NCBI GenBank assembly: GCA_047495785.1
Contig: JBLDXI010000066.1
Span: forward strand, 248,001 to 312,000
Length of the DNA: 64,000 bases
Direction: 5' to 3'
Source: Lepidodermella squamata
Taxonomy: Eukaryota; Animalia; Gastrotricha
Under the pieces are notes generated by a model that had not been told where the DNA came from, searched no databases, and was given only the letters and a program-made list of their open reading frames with translations. The translations under genes and the position numbers were made by a program. Below are positions 1 to 12,154 of this stretch, piece after piece; positions within the stretch are counted from its first letter, which is position 1, and each line of letters begins with the position of its first letter.

Positions 1-886
1 TCTATCTGTCACTCGTATAAAGACCTAGGTTTGATTATTGATGAAGATCTCACGTTCCGCCCTCATTTTAATACTATTGTTACCAAAGCTTATAACTGTG
101 TCAACGCTATTCTTAGAGCCTTTCATGGGCAGTCGCCTTCCGTTCTCACATGGGCTTATCGAGTCTATTCTAGGCCTCTACTCGAATACCTTCCTTCGAT
201 TTGGTCTCCTTACAAAAAAGGCGATATTGAACTCATTGAAAATGTTCAAAAATATTTTACTCGCCGTGCTTTAGGCTTCTCTTCGCACGATCTCAACCGC
301 CCTTCTTATAAACAAAGGCTTCTAATTCTCAAACTAGATTCTCTGGAAAAACGTCGCATTCTTTTAGATCTCGCCCTTTTATACAAAGTTTACTACAAAG
401 CTATCGATTCGTCAATCTCCTTTTATATCGAGCCTCTTGAGACAATAACTCGCGGTCATACTCATCGCCTTAGATATCGACGACCTGATGGTCGATACCG
501 CAATGCTACCTCTCCTCTTTTTGCCAACTATTTTTTAAATCGTGTTTTACCCATTTGGAATGAATTGCCTGCCTATGTGTTTCCGTCCACGGACAATTTC
601 GATTCCAATCTTAAATTTTTTAAATCAAAAATATGTAAACTTGACTTTTCTAAACACTGCACTCTCGACAACTAAATTTAAATACATTTTCTACCTAATT
701 TCTCTATGATTTTGATATATGTTGACTCTCCTCTTGACTGTTCTATACGCTATCATATTGACTACCATACGGTTCAGAGTTAGTGGCCTGCGGGTCCTTC
801 TGTATCCTCGAATCTTTTTTACTGCTTAATTCCCCTGATGAATTTATTTTTCGAAATAAAATAATAATAATAATAATAATAATAAT
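1..886 (+). mobile_element. 3' part of a non-LTR retrotransposon (CR1/Jockey-like LINE): C-terminus of the RT ORF (to 675), 3' UTR and (TAA)n tail
   Basis: The ORF is open from the window edge and reads YKDLGLIIDEDLTF..H, Y.RPLLEY...WSPY....IE.VQK.FTRR, SY.QRL..L.L.SLE.RR...DL, TRGH, F.NRV...WN.LP, the typical CR1/Jockey RT C-terminus. AATAAA at about 855 is followed by an (ATA/TAA)n tail to about 886. Confidence 0.85.
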
Positions 887-1097
887 CGTTACTAAGCCCG
901 TTCAAGAGACACATTCTAATTACGATCAATAATTGTTTATTATTTTCAATAAAATTGTTTTTAAAATGTTGAATGGTAAATAAAACACGAGACGAGATAT
1001 AAATAGTAATCAACGTTTGTTTTCAGGCGCATGTTATTTTTTAAATAAAATTCCGAAATAAAATTAAAACATGTAAAATATGTGTGTGTAGAAAATT

Positions 1098-4000
1098 TCA
1101 AGTGTGATAGACAGCTTTGCTAGCGAACGGGCGGAATGGCAGGTCTTTGAATAGATCTTCCGGCGATTCAGCAGGGTTCTTCGACGTGTTCTCAGCGTAC
1201 TGATGTTTATGGCCAGTGTGTTCGCTCTTTTTCTGCTTGTTCTTGCCATTTTTTGTGTTGTAATCACGCCGGTACATGTGGCTGTTGTGCGCCATCGGGT
1301 AGGACGGGTGGCATTTCGGGAAGTCCTTCGGCGGCTTGACCCACTCGTGAACCTCGCCGACCTTCAAAGTGATCATCATGCCTTCCTCCATGTGGGCGTC
1401 GATGTGGCAGTGAAGCATCCACGGGCCGGGGTTGTAGGCCTTGAATCGAATGATGGCAAAGCCACCGGTCGGTAGAGCGATAACGTCCTTAAAATAAACA
1501 AAAATACGTCATTAATTAAAATATAAAATATTCAAATTAATAAAAATAAATTATCGAAAATTCAAAATATTGTGAAATTGAATTTAGGAAAATTAAAAAA
1601 TTAAATGATGACAAAGCCTAACCTTCTGTGGAGGTCGGTCGAAATTTCGCTTGATTAATCCTTTGCGCGACAGATCTTTGAACTGCGAGGAGTTGAAACC
1701 AGCTTTGACGTGATCCTTTGAAAATAATAACCGAATGATAAAGGGACGATTTTTCTAGAATCTCGAATTTCCCCAGAACATTTATTATTTTTCGACAGTA
1801 AAATTACCGAAAAAACCCGAAAACCCCGAATTCGGTAATTTTCGGTATTTTCCCAATAATTGCTCATTTTTTCGGGATTTTTCAATTATACCGATCAAAA
1901 GCAAAATTTTCCGACCCTTTTCAACTAGCCCATCAAGGATTTTACCCTTCATAATAGCCTACCATAGCGAGGACGTAGAAGTGGAAACCGTGAAGATGAA
2001 TCGGATGTGTAGCATCGACACCGAACGACGCGGATTTATCGATGAGGACAATTTCGACAAGCGAGTTAAGAGGAATGTCCTCAACGTGGATGCATTCGCA
2101 GTACTCTTCACGCGGGCATTTGCGGTTGTTGGCATTGCAGAACAGCTCAGGCGGAATCTCGTCCCATTGGCTATTTAAAGAAAAATAAGTTGAAATATTA
2201 AAAAATGTCAGACTGAAAATTTTATTGGGATGAAAAATCCACATAGAAAGTTTCGAAAAATTGTGAATATCACGAAAAATCTGCCAGAAAGTTTACCGAA
2301 TTCAATAATTGGGAAAATTCGATAATTCTACAGTTACTGATTGATCGAGCAATCAGGGTGATTTTCGAAGATTTAATGAGGGAAATAACTCACGTGAGCA
2401 TAGTTACAGGTGACATCATGTTGCTGATACCGTTCATGCGAGGCGTGACGAACCGGAAAATGTTCGCATACTTCTCAATGTCTTTAGCCGGCACACCCTT
2501 CGGCTTCAAGCGCGGATCCTCAACCATCTCAAAGTCCTGAAAAAATTGGTAATCAAAAAATGGACATCAAATATTTAAATTTCAATTTCAATTAAATTTT
2601 GAAATTTTGAAAATTAATTAAAAAATTAAAAGAACCAAAATTATCAACTCACAATTTCGACGATCAACTTCACATCAGGTTTTCCCATAATTTCCTCGAT
2701 TTCTTCGTCCTGTTTGAGGCTCCTCAGGTCGGAGATCTTAGCGCCAAGAGGCGGGTTCGGGCCCTGGTACTTGCTGAAAATTAGATAATTAACCTCCTCG
2801 TAAAGCAGTGAAGTCGCGCCATTCGTCGCCTGTTTAGGCGTTTTAATCGCCGGCAGCTCGTTGTTTTTATAGAACACCTTGCCAAAAGTAGTACCCTGCG
2901 TGAAAAACGTCGACAGCGCTCTGACTTCAATTAGAAAATAATTGCCAATCCGAGGCTTCTCGCATCCGACAAAGTAAGGCACGAAATCGAACCGTTCAGC
3001 CGGCATCATGTGGAACGATTTAGTCGCGACTGGTTTAATTGGCCGGCCATCGATGTTGACAATGACGAAATGGTGACACTGCATCGAAACAGCGATCGGT
3101 GTGAAGAAGAACGCGTTGTGGATGATCCTGAATCGATACCGATGGTGCGCCTTTAAATAGTACTCGAAGGCCGGGAGTTTGAATGGAATCGGCGGCAGTA
3201 GCACCTCGCCGGGTTTCTCCACGGCTTCCAGGGATGGTAGAATGCCGTTGAAGAGTAGATTAGCCGGGCTTCCGAATTCGATGGTGAACTGGGTCATGGC
3301 GAACCGGTTGAGGGCGGTGTCGGTGGGCAGCCAGTCTTGAATCATGATTGGGCGCAAATTGTCGCGGTCGTAGAGTTTGCGTTGCGGGTCTTTAGCCTGG
3401 CGGACGATGAAGGAACCGGCGACGCCATCGGCCCGTTGGAAGCCCATGTGCGAGTGATACCACCACGTGCCGGGCAGGTCGGCCGGGAAGTCGTAGGTGA
3501 AGTTCTCCATGGCCATAATTGGGCATTGAGCCACCATAGGCGCGCCATCCATCCAAGGCTAACAATTTTAAATTAAGGAAGAAATTTAAATTAATTACAC
3601 TCAATTTTGAATCATAATTGACGAATAAATCGTTATTTGATTAAACGGTATCAATTTTCGAAGCAGAATTAGCAGAATTGTTCAAATTTTTTCCAAAATT
3701 TTATGAAAATTTTCGAATTTTATGAAAATTTTCGAATCTTATGAAAATTTTTTGAAAAATGGATTTCACTTCCGGTCGAATTTGTTGAAAAACCTTTTCA
3801 ATTTTTTTCAATTTATTTGAAATTGGATTAACCAGTTTGACCAAATTTGAAAGCCATTTTTCAATTATTTTTCAAAATCCTGTAATTGCAGAAGAAAATA
3901 AAAAATTTAAAAAATTGTTGAAACAATTATGTGTGATAATATAGAGAAATTAGGATTGCCAATTTGAAGAAAACTAATTTGCACCTAAGTTATAACCAAC

Positions 4001-4855
4001 CACTCTATAAGGAGAATAAATGTCCCAAAATTAAAGTAAGGTGAGAACATTTTATGAAATCAAACAATGATAAATTAACTTCAATTTTTTACTGATCAGA
4101 GAAGATTTTAAGCGCAAATTCTCAACGTTGAAAATTGGAATTTTAAAATCAATCCATCTTAATTAAAATGTATTAGCACTAAACAACTAATTTAAGGAAG
4201 AATTTTAGGGTTACGGAATTTTTCAAGTTTAAAGAAGTTATAGGATAATTAATACCGTATCTCGCTGATGGAGGCCATGCCAGTGGATGCCGATCGATTC
4301 GCCGTTGGTCAGGCCGTTGATGACCTTGATACGAACTCGATCGCCCAGACAAACCTCAACGGACGGCCCAGGCATTTGAAGGTTGACAACCATGATCATG
4401 CGCCGGGTGCCGGCCGCCGGGATGCACCCTGGGGTTCGGCAGTCCTCGAACGAGTTCGGGCAGTTCATGCACTGGCGGCTCATCGAGGCGTACATGCCGA
4501 CGTGGAACTCGTAGTCGCAGACCATTGGCTTGCCGTGGGGTTCGCACTGCCGCCGGCACGGGTGGTTCGAGTAGTCGTGGTAGGGCGACAGCGAGTGGCG
4601 GCCCATCGGACTTCCGCTGTGGCCATCATGACCGCTGTGGTAGTGCATAGGTTTTTGATGGAAAAATCGCGGATCTTTCTCGTAGAAGCCATGCGAAAGG
4701 CCGATCAAAGTCAAAGCAAGAAAAGCTGAGACAAAAAATAAAAATAAAAGTTAATTCATCGATAAATAAATAATAATTTCAATTATTTAAATAAAATATT
4801 TTTTTTCAGAAATATTAGCTTGTAATAAAATTGACTAACCTGCTAGCGCTGCCAT
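1098..4855 (-). CDS. Secreted laccase-like multicopper oxidase 1 (7 exons, about 741 aa)
   Basis: Exons 4855-4840, 4725-4256, 3558-2653, 2536-2394, 2170-1963, 1715-1623, 1487-1098; all GT-AG and in frame. Signal peptide MAALAAFLALTLIGLSHG, Cys-rich N-terminal region, Cu motifs HWHG, WWYHSH, HPIHLHG, HCHIDAHMEEGM (Met axial ligand). Confidence 0.93.
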
Positions 4856-4917
4856 GTTATAATAAAATCGTCTGAAAATAAGCAGCAGTATAACCTAAAT
4901 TGTTTTATATGGCTGCT

Positions 4918-5000
4918 AGGTCAGCGCTTTATATGATAGGCGGAATGACCTGGCGGTGGCGCAGCAGTTTGACCTCGCGTGCCATCCTGATTACTGACCC
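4918..5000. promoter_or_regulatory. Putative laccase-1 proximal promoter with a TATA-like box and clustered nuclear-receptor half-sites
   Basis: AGGTCA at 4918-4923, TGACCT at 4946-4951 and 4970-4975, TGACCC at 4995-5000. ATATAAAG lies on the minus strand at about 4927-4934, roughly 70-80 bp upstream of the ATG at 4855. Motif match only. Confidence 0.3.
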
Positions 5001-6011
5001 TCACAGTCGGCACGCGTTCTCTTTCAAGTTTTCCAAGCTAAACATTCGCGCTTGAAGTTCTACTTATCATCGTCCGGGTTTGTCTGATTTTCGATATTTG
5101 TCTGTTTTTTCAATCTTGAGAATTTCCAAGAAAAATACAACATCTCCAATTAACAGGAAATTGGGAATTTTTCGGGAGCACTGTTCTTTGTTCATCCAAG
5201 TATAAAAGCCTTAAAAAAATTGGAAATAATGCAACAGGTTAATTTTAGAAAAATACACAATAAAAATACTGCAAAGGTTGGAAGATTTTAAATTGTGTGA
5301 CATATTAAAATGAGAGATCAAAATGTAAAATTCAGCTTCGAAATAGGATTGCTTAAACATGCTCATCTTAAGTAGCTCGAGTAATTTCTGATTTGAAAAG
5401 TTCAGTCGTTTTATCCAATATATCAGCTCGAAATATTCGAATTTATCGAAACTCATATATCTGACCCAACGCTGACCACGGATCCGTTGGCTCTATAGAA
5501 TAAATATTTCGATTCATGAGCTAATATCGAAAAATGGAAGCGTGGCTGGGTATTGAGCTTCGGAGTGGTCTAAAAATATTAGCATCCAAAGCAAATCGAA
5601 GCTCAAAAACTAAGTCAGACTTTAGTTTGGTTGTCCATGGATTCCAAGTCAGTTCCAAGCTTCGAATGTATCCAAGGTAGAAAGGTTCCACGAACTATTC
5701 AGTTCTTAAATTCTTGAATTCAGATATTTTCTTCAACTGGAACCTGTTTTATGCTTCAATTCCGAATCCAGAAATCAATTTCTTTCGATTAAACAAATTT
5801 TTGAGAGGCTTCAGTTCATTTTATTTCCGTTATATAGATCGAATCCCGAAAAATCACAAAAAATCAAGCAGAAAATACCATTTATTAGCCAGAAAATTTC
5901 AAAATTCTTTCAACATGCAGATAAATCATCTCATTCAAAGTCAATCTGAATTTAATAAATAATTTCCTTTTCATTCAATTAAAGGTCAGCTTATTCCCTC
6001 GCCGAATTCTT

Positions 6012-9000
6012 CTAATAAAGATGGACCGCCTTGAGCGAAAACGGGCGGAATGGGAAGTCTTCGATCAAATCCTTGAACGATTTGTTCTTTGAATAACCGC
6101 CCTTACCGCCGCGGTGATGTCCGCCATGCTGGCCGCTCTCCTCATCATCGCCGCTGTACTCCTGCCGCTTCTCATCCTCATAGGTATCACCCTCGCCATC
6201 ATCCTCATCCGTGTACTTGCTAGCCTTCTTACCGCCATCGTACTTCTTACTCTTGCCTTCGTTCGCTTCGCGGCGGTACATGTGGCTGTTGTGCGCCTTC
6301 GGGTAGGACGGGTGGCACATTGGGAAGTCCTTGGGTGGCTTGACCCACTCGTGAACCTCGCCGACCTTCAGCGTCACCATCATGCCCTCCTCCATGTGGG
6401 CATCAATGTGACAGTGGAGCATCCACGGGCCAGGGTTGTAAGCTCGGAATCGAATAATTGTGTAGCCACCGGTTGGCAGAGCGATAACATCCTTAAAAAT
6501 TAGTTAAATTTGAAAATAAATTCAATTAAAATTCAATTAAAATTGAAATTAAAAATTGAGAAATTTGAATTTTTAATTTTTTTTAAATTTTTTCGGAACT
6601 CACCTTAAGAGGAGGATTGTTGAAGTTACGCTTGACCTTGCCCTTCTTCGACAGGCGTTTGAAATCGGTGGCATTGAAACCTGGCTTGACTCGTTCCTGG
6701 GTGATAAAAAAACACGCAAAATTAATTAAAAATTTCAAATTTTCATCTTGTTTATATTTTACCTGGGCGAGAACGTTGAAGTGGAAACCGTGGAGATGGA
6801 TCGGGTGGTTGACATCAACTCCGCGGGCCTGGGCCTTGTCGATGAGAACGATTTCGACCAGCGAATTGAGAGGAATGTCCTCAACGTGGATGCACTCGCA
6901 GTACTCTTCACGCGGGCACTTGCGGTTCTTGGCATTGCAGAACAGCTCAGGTGGAATCTCGTCCCATTGGCTGAAAAAACCAATTTAGATTAATAAAACC
7001 AGAAAAATCCAGAAAAAATTGACGGGAAAATTGGAGGACAATTCTGAAAAAATGCTTAATTTTTCATGATTTTCCCGAAATTTGAGAAAATTTCTGAAAA
7101 ATCTAAAAAACCAGTAATTGCTAGGAAAAATAGAATGTAGGTCAACTAACGTGAGCATGGCGACAGGTGACATCATGTTACTGATTCCATTCATGCGAGG
7201 CGTGACGAAGCGGAAAAATTGCGAATATTTTTCGAGTTCCTTCTTGCTGGTAACATGCTTAGGCTTCAGACGCGGATCTTCGACAGTATCGAAATTCTAA
7301 AATAAAATGAAAAAATTCAAATTATTATTCGAAAATGATGCGTTTTGAAATTTCATAATTTAGAAAATTTTTGAAATTTTTGAAAATTGAATAATCATAA
7401 TTTTTCTTAATTAGGTCAAGACCTTCTTAAATTGCATAATAAATTTTAATTGTTTTGAAATTCAAAAGTATTAATTGAATAAATCAACGTACGATTTCAA
7501 TGATGAGCTTGACATCAGGCTTGCCTTCGATGTCCTTGTTGCGATGCAGGCTCCTCAAATCGGCAATCTTGGCGCCAAGCGGCGGATTCTTGACCTCGTA
7601 CTTGCTGATAATTAGGTAATTGACCTCCTCATACGTGTCATCCATCGCGCCATCAGTCGCCTCGTACGCGCTCGTAATTTCGGGCAACTCGTCGTTTTTA
7701 TAGAAAATCTTGGCAAACGCCTGACCGCCATCGCCGCGAGTACCCAACACCTGGGCCTTGAGCAGGAAAAAGTCGTCAGTCTGCGGCCGTTCACACCCGA
7801 CGTAGTACGGGATGAAATCGACGCGTTCCGCCGCCAACATGTGGAACGATTTAGTCGCGACTGGCTTGATCGGCCGGCCGTCGATGTTGATGATGACGAA
7901 ATGGTGGCAAGTCATCGAAATAGCGATGGGGGTTGCGAAAAACGCGTTGTGGATTTGACGGAATCGGTACCGGTATTTCGCGTTCAAATGGTACTCGAAG
8001 GCGGGCAGTTTAACCGGGAAGGGCGGGATGGAGGCATTGACGTTTTTGTTCTCAGCCGCGTCTATATCGGCTAAAATTCCGTTAAAGAGGAGCGACGAGC
8101 CTGTTCCGCGGTTTCCGGTGAACTGGGCCATGGCGAATCGGTTGAGGGCGGTGTCGAGCGGGAACCAGTCTTGCGTCATCATCGGGCGAATGTTGTCGCG
8201 GTCGTACAGGTGTTTCAGCGGGTCGTTGGCCTGGCGGATGATGAAGGGACCAGCGATGCCGTCGGCGCGTTGGAAGCCCATGTGCGAGTGCCACCACCAC
8301 GTTCCAGCGATATCGGCCGGGAAGTCGTAGGTGAAGTTCTCCATGGCCATAATCGGGCATTGGGACACCATGGGGGTGCCATCCATAAAAGGCTGAAAAA
8401 AATTACCAATTATTTATGGATTTAAAAAAAAATAAGCAAAACGTGAGATATTTATGCACGAAATCTTGTTTTTTTAAGAATGTGATTTTTTCATAATGTT
8501 ACAATGGAACAACTATCGATTATCGATTATCGATTATCAATTATTAGTGATTTTTTTTATGTGATTTTGTGAAATATTCGCATCACGCTAACATGATTAG
8601 ACGATTTTATATCGATTATTGATTATCGAATATGATAATGAAAAATCAATCGTTTTCCATTATTTACATTATTTCCATTATTTATTGCATAAACTTGATA
8701 TAATTTTAGCCTCATTTGCATATTCATACCTAAATGTAATACTGAAAAATTTCCCAAAATTTGTTAAAATTCCGATGTCTAGATGGGCTATTCGGGTTAC
8801 CCTAATTATTTCAACTGTTTAGAAAATTCCAGAAATTTCGAATTTTAATTTTCGAACAATTTAAATTCAAATTTTCAAACACTTTTCTCGCGATATTGCG
8901 AGGCCTTGTTTTCATAATTTTTGCCAAATTTTTTACCGTTTCAAACTGATGAAGACCGTGCCAGTGGATGCCGATCGATTCGCCGTTGGTCAGGCCGTTG

Positions 9001-9539
9001 ATGACCTTGACTCGAACGCGATCGCCCAAGCAGACCTCGATCGATGGGCCAGGCATTTGCAGGTTGACAGTCATAATCATGCGCTGGGTACCAGCCGCCG
9101 GGACGCAGCCCGGGGTTCGGCAGTCCTCGAACGAATTCGGGCACTTCTGGCACTGGCGGCTCATCGAGGCGTACATGCCAACGTGGAACTCGTAGTCGCA
9201 GATCATGGGCTTGCCGTGGGGTTCGCAGTGGCGCCGACACGGGTGGTTCGAGTAGTCGTGGTAGGGCGACAGCGAGTGGCGGCCCATCGGGCTGTTGTGC
9301 TGCTTCTTGCTGCCGTGGTAGTGGATCGAGTCAAGGTAGAAAAATCGCGGGTCATTGTGGTACCAGTGATCGCCGGCCAGGGTGGCCTCAGCGAAGCACA
9401 AAACCAGGATAGCTAAAAATATTAAAAATTTCAACAATTATTGAAAAAATTATTGGAAAATTAATACGAAATTAACCAATTTTACAATAATTTTGAGGGG
9501 CTAAGAGACATCGGATGGCTCACCTAGCGATAACTGCAT
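6012..9539 (-). CDS. Secreted laccase-like multicopper oxidase 2 (7 exons, about 772 aa)
   Basis: Exons 9539-9524, 9412-8937, 8392-7493, 7296-7151, 6970-6763, 6696-6604, 6491-6012; same intron positions as copy 1. Motifs HWHG, WWWHSH, HPIHLHG, HCHIDAHMEEGM. Long acidic, Gly/Lys/Tyr/His-rich C-terminal tail. Confidence 0.93.
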
Positions 9540-11329
9540 CCTGGAAGGCTGGAAGAATTGTTTGAAAAATATGAGGCTGACTTTTTAGAATGACTCGTTT
9601 TGACTGAAAAACCTCTCGGTTTTAATCGCCTTTTTTTACGCTGCAACGCGTGTTGTTTTTCTCACACACCGGCGCTATTACGCAACGCCACCAGCGCGTG
9701 TCGGGCGGAAGCGACCAATCTAGCGGAAAAAACAACAACTGGGAAAAATACAGGTCACAATCGGAAAATCGTATGTATTAGGAAAATAAATAATACCAAT
9801 AAATGGTTTTGGATGAAATCGAAATTATAATGATAAAATTGAATTTTCGAAAACTTCAACTAGTGATTTTTCCCCTTGGAATTTCTATTCATCCATGGAT
9901 TTTTCGTTTAGAATAAATAGGTGTATAATTCGAATAACATGATTAAAAGTTGGTGTGAATTATAATTTTTTGTTATTTACCGTAATTCCGCGTATTATCT
10001 GTCATGTCACTATACCTCGAATTTTACTGACATGTCATTAAAACCTATATTATAATGACAGTGTCACTAACTCCTCGAATTTACCAGAATTTTGGAGGCG
10101 GGAAAAGGCCAAATGTTGCTCTATAGTGACAAGTTGGAATTTGTGACAACCTTGGAGTAATGACTGACAACCGCCGAAAGTGAGCGTCTTTTAAGCTTGA
10201 CGCCGTTAAATCGCATTGCTCTAATTTCATCGGCGCGAGCAAACAAATAGAAAAAATGCGAATTTGACTTAGACATGCAATATTAAGCTTTGAGCGGTGA
10301 GAAATTTCAAGGAACAAATTCTGATCTGATTCAGCGGGATATGTTAGATGATTGTGCCGATTTGCACACGTTTATCTTTCAAAATGATGAGGAAGAAATG
10401 CGGACAAAAAGGTCAAGGGTGCGAGCGCGCGCGCTTGAAAACATCTCATGTGCAGCGCTCTGCGAGTCAGTAGGTTTTGGGCGAGAGGTAAACGCACGTG
10501 AGGTGTCAACACGCGCAACCCTAGACATGATTTAGGATAGACTGCTTACTCACGAGAAAAAGGGTGCTACGCCATGGGCGCCAGATAGCCAGCTGATTCA
10601 TCAGCGCTTGGAGGAAAAGTAAACAAAATATTTAATTGGTTTTTTTTACTGGTTCCGTGACGTTTTCGATTTTCCCAAGGGTTTCGTTGACGGATCCAGA
10701 CAGAGGATATCACGAGGAACACGCTGATTAAAAATTTTTGAAGGAATTTTAACTGGTTTCATAAACAAAAAGATGGTTTCGCAGTTCGATATTTTCACGG
10801 TCATTTGAATTGAAATTGAAGCAGTTTTTTAATGGCCCAGGTAGTGGTCCACATTTCGATACTTGGAGCGAACTTCGATGATTTGTTGCTGATTTTCCAG
10901 GAATTTTCTAAATATCACCAAAAGCGGAATTGGCATTATATTGAAAGAAAAGCCCAACTGCAATCTTTTTCCAGCTACGCCATGTGGGTGTGGCGCGCGT
11001 GCTGTCAACAAAGATTCCAACTCTCCAAACAAAGATTCCAAATCTCACCCTGTGCGCCCCGTTAAACGCGAGTGGATGAAATTTAGCGGTCGAACCTATC
11101 CGATTGAGTTTGACCTAATGAAATGTGTCAAGCGTCACTTCTGTATGATTCTACAAATAATACGAGGCGAAGCTGGAGTCCTGAATTGAACATCCTGTCT
11201 TGCAAAGAATATTAAGCTGTATTTAAAGAAAATTTGTTGGTCGACCTCGACATCCAAGAAATATCCGATACAAGTGGTTTTATGAAAATTTTGAACTTTT
11301 CCCAAAATTTGGTTCCGGTAAAACGAGAA

Positions 11330-11863
11330 TTAACTAAAGCCCAACGGCATCTTTTCCTGCCACCCTATTTTTTAAAAATCCTGTAGGGTGACTACAACCC
11401 CAGGGTGTCTAAATGGCATATCTCCGCGCTGGGAAATCGTATAAATTCGGGGAAAACGGATAAATGACCAGTGTCTCGTAGGCTTGGTGATGAGCTAGGA
11501 GCCGTTTTTGGGACGGTCATCAAACTGCACTAAAGTGTCATCAAAATCGATTTTGCACGAAGAATCACCTATAACCCAACTGAATGCATTTCTAGATAGA
11601 TCTCATCACGCTGATGAACTTTTTCTTTGAGAGCGGCTTCCCAGCTATCACCGTTCTTGAGCTTGAGATAATCGTCCAGGTGTGACAAAAGGTAAGGTCA
11701 CGTGACAACTTGACACTTGAATATCTCAATAACGGTAGACGATAAAAATATGCGGTTTGCAGATTCTTAATCCCCGAATTTTTCTCTTTCGGAAAAGCAC
11801 GTGTCAATAGGGAAAGAAAAATGAAAATATTTTCCGAAAACATTCTGGGCTTTAAAGGGTTAA
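11330..11863. mobile_element. Probable piggyBac-like MITE (TTAA-flanked, degenerate left TIR)
   Basis: The right end is TGGGCTTTAAAGGG|TTAA (11860-11863). The left end TTAA|C-TAAAGCCCA (11330-11343) is its inverted copy with a small deletion. The interior is non-coding. Confidence 0.45.
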
Positions 11864-12154
11864 GATGCAATTTTCGACATTTTCAACGGTGAAGTCGAAT
11901 TTTTGGAATTTTTTTTCTGTCGACATCCTTTAGCCGATAATAAAACGCTTTGATCAGAGTCAAAATTCTTTCTATTCACATGTTACCTGTGCATTTATTT
12001 GTATAGAGATAAACCGTATTATCGAATACTTCCTGATCACAGAAATAATTCAACTTCATATAATATCATAATTTCATAGAATAATCAATATAATTTAACC
12101 ACAGCATTTGCATGAATTAGGTCAAGTAGTGATGATAATAATGATGAGCATTTA

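Noticed and set aside
819-1013. Minus-strand ORF with a poly-Tyr run
   Set aside because: It is the reverse reading of the LINE (TAA)n tail.
9600-11300. Short ORFs and CG-rich patches between laccases 2 and 3
   Set aside because: No coding signal or definable repeat boundaries; possibly regulatory but unsupported.
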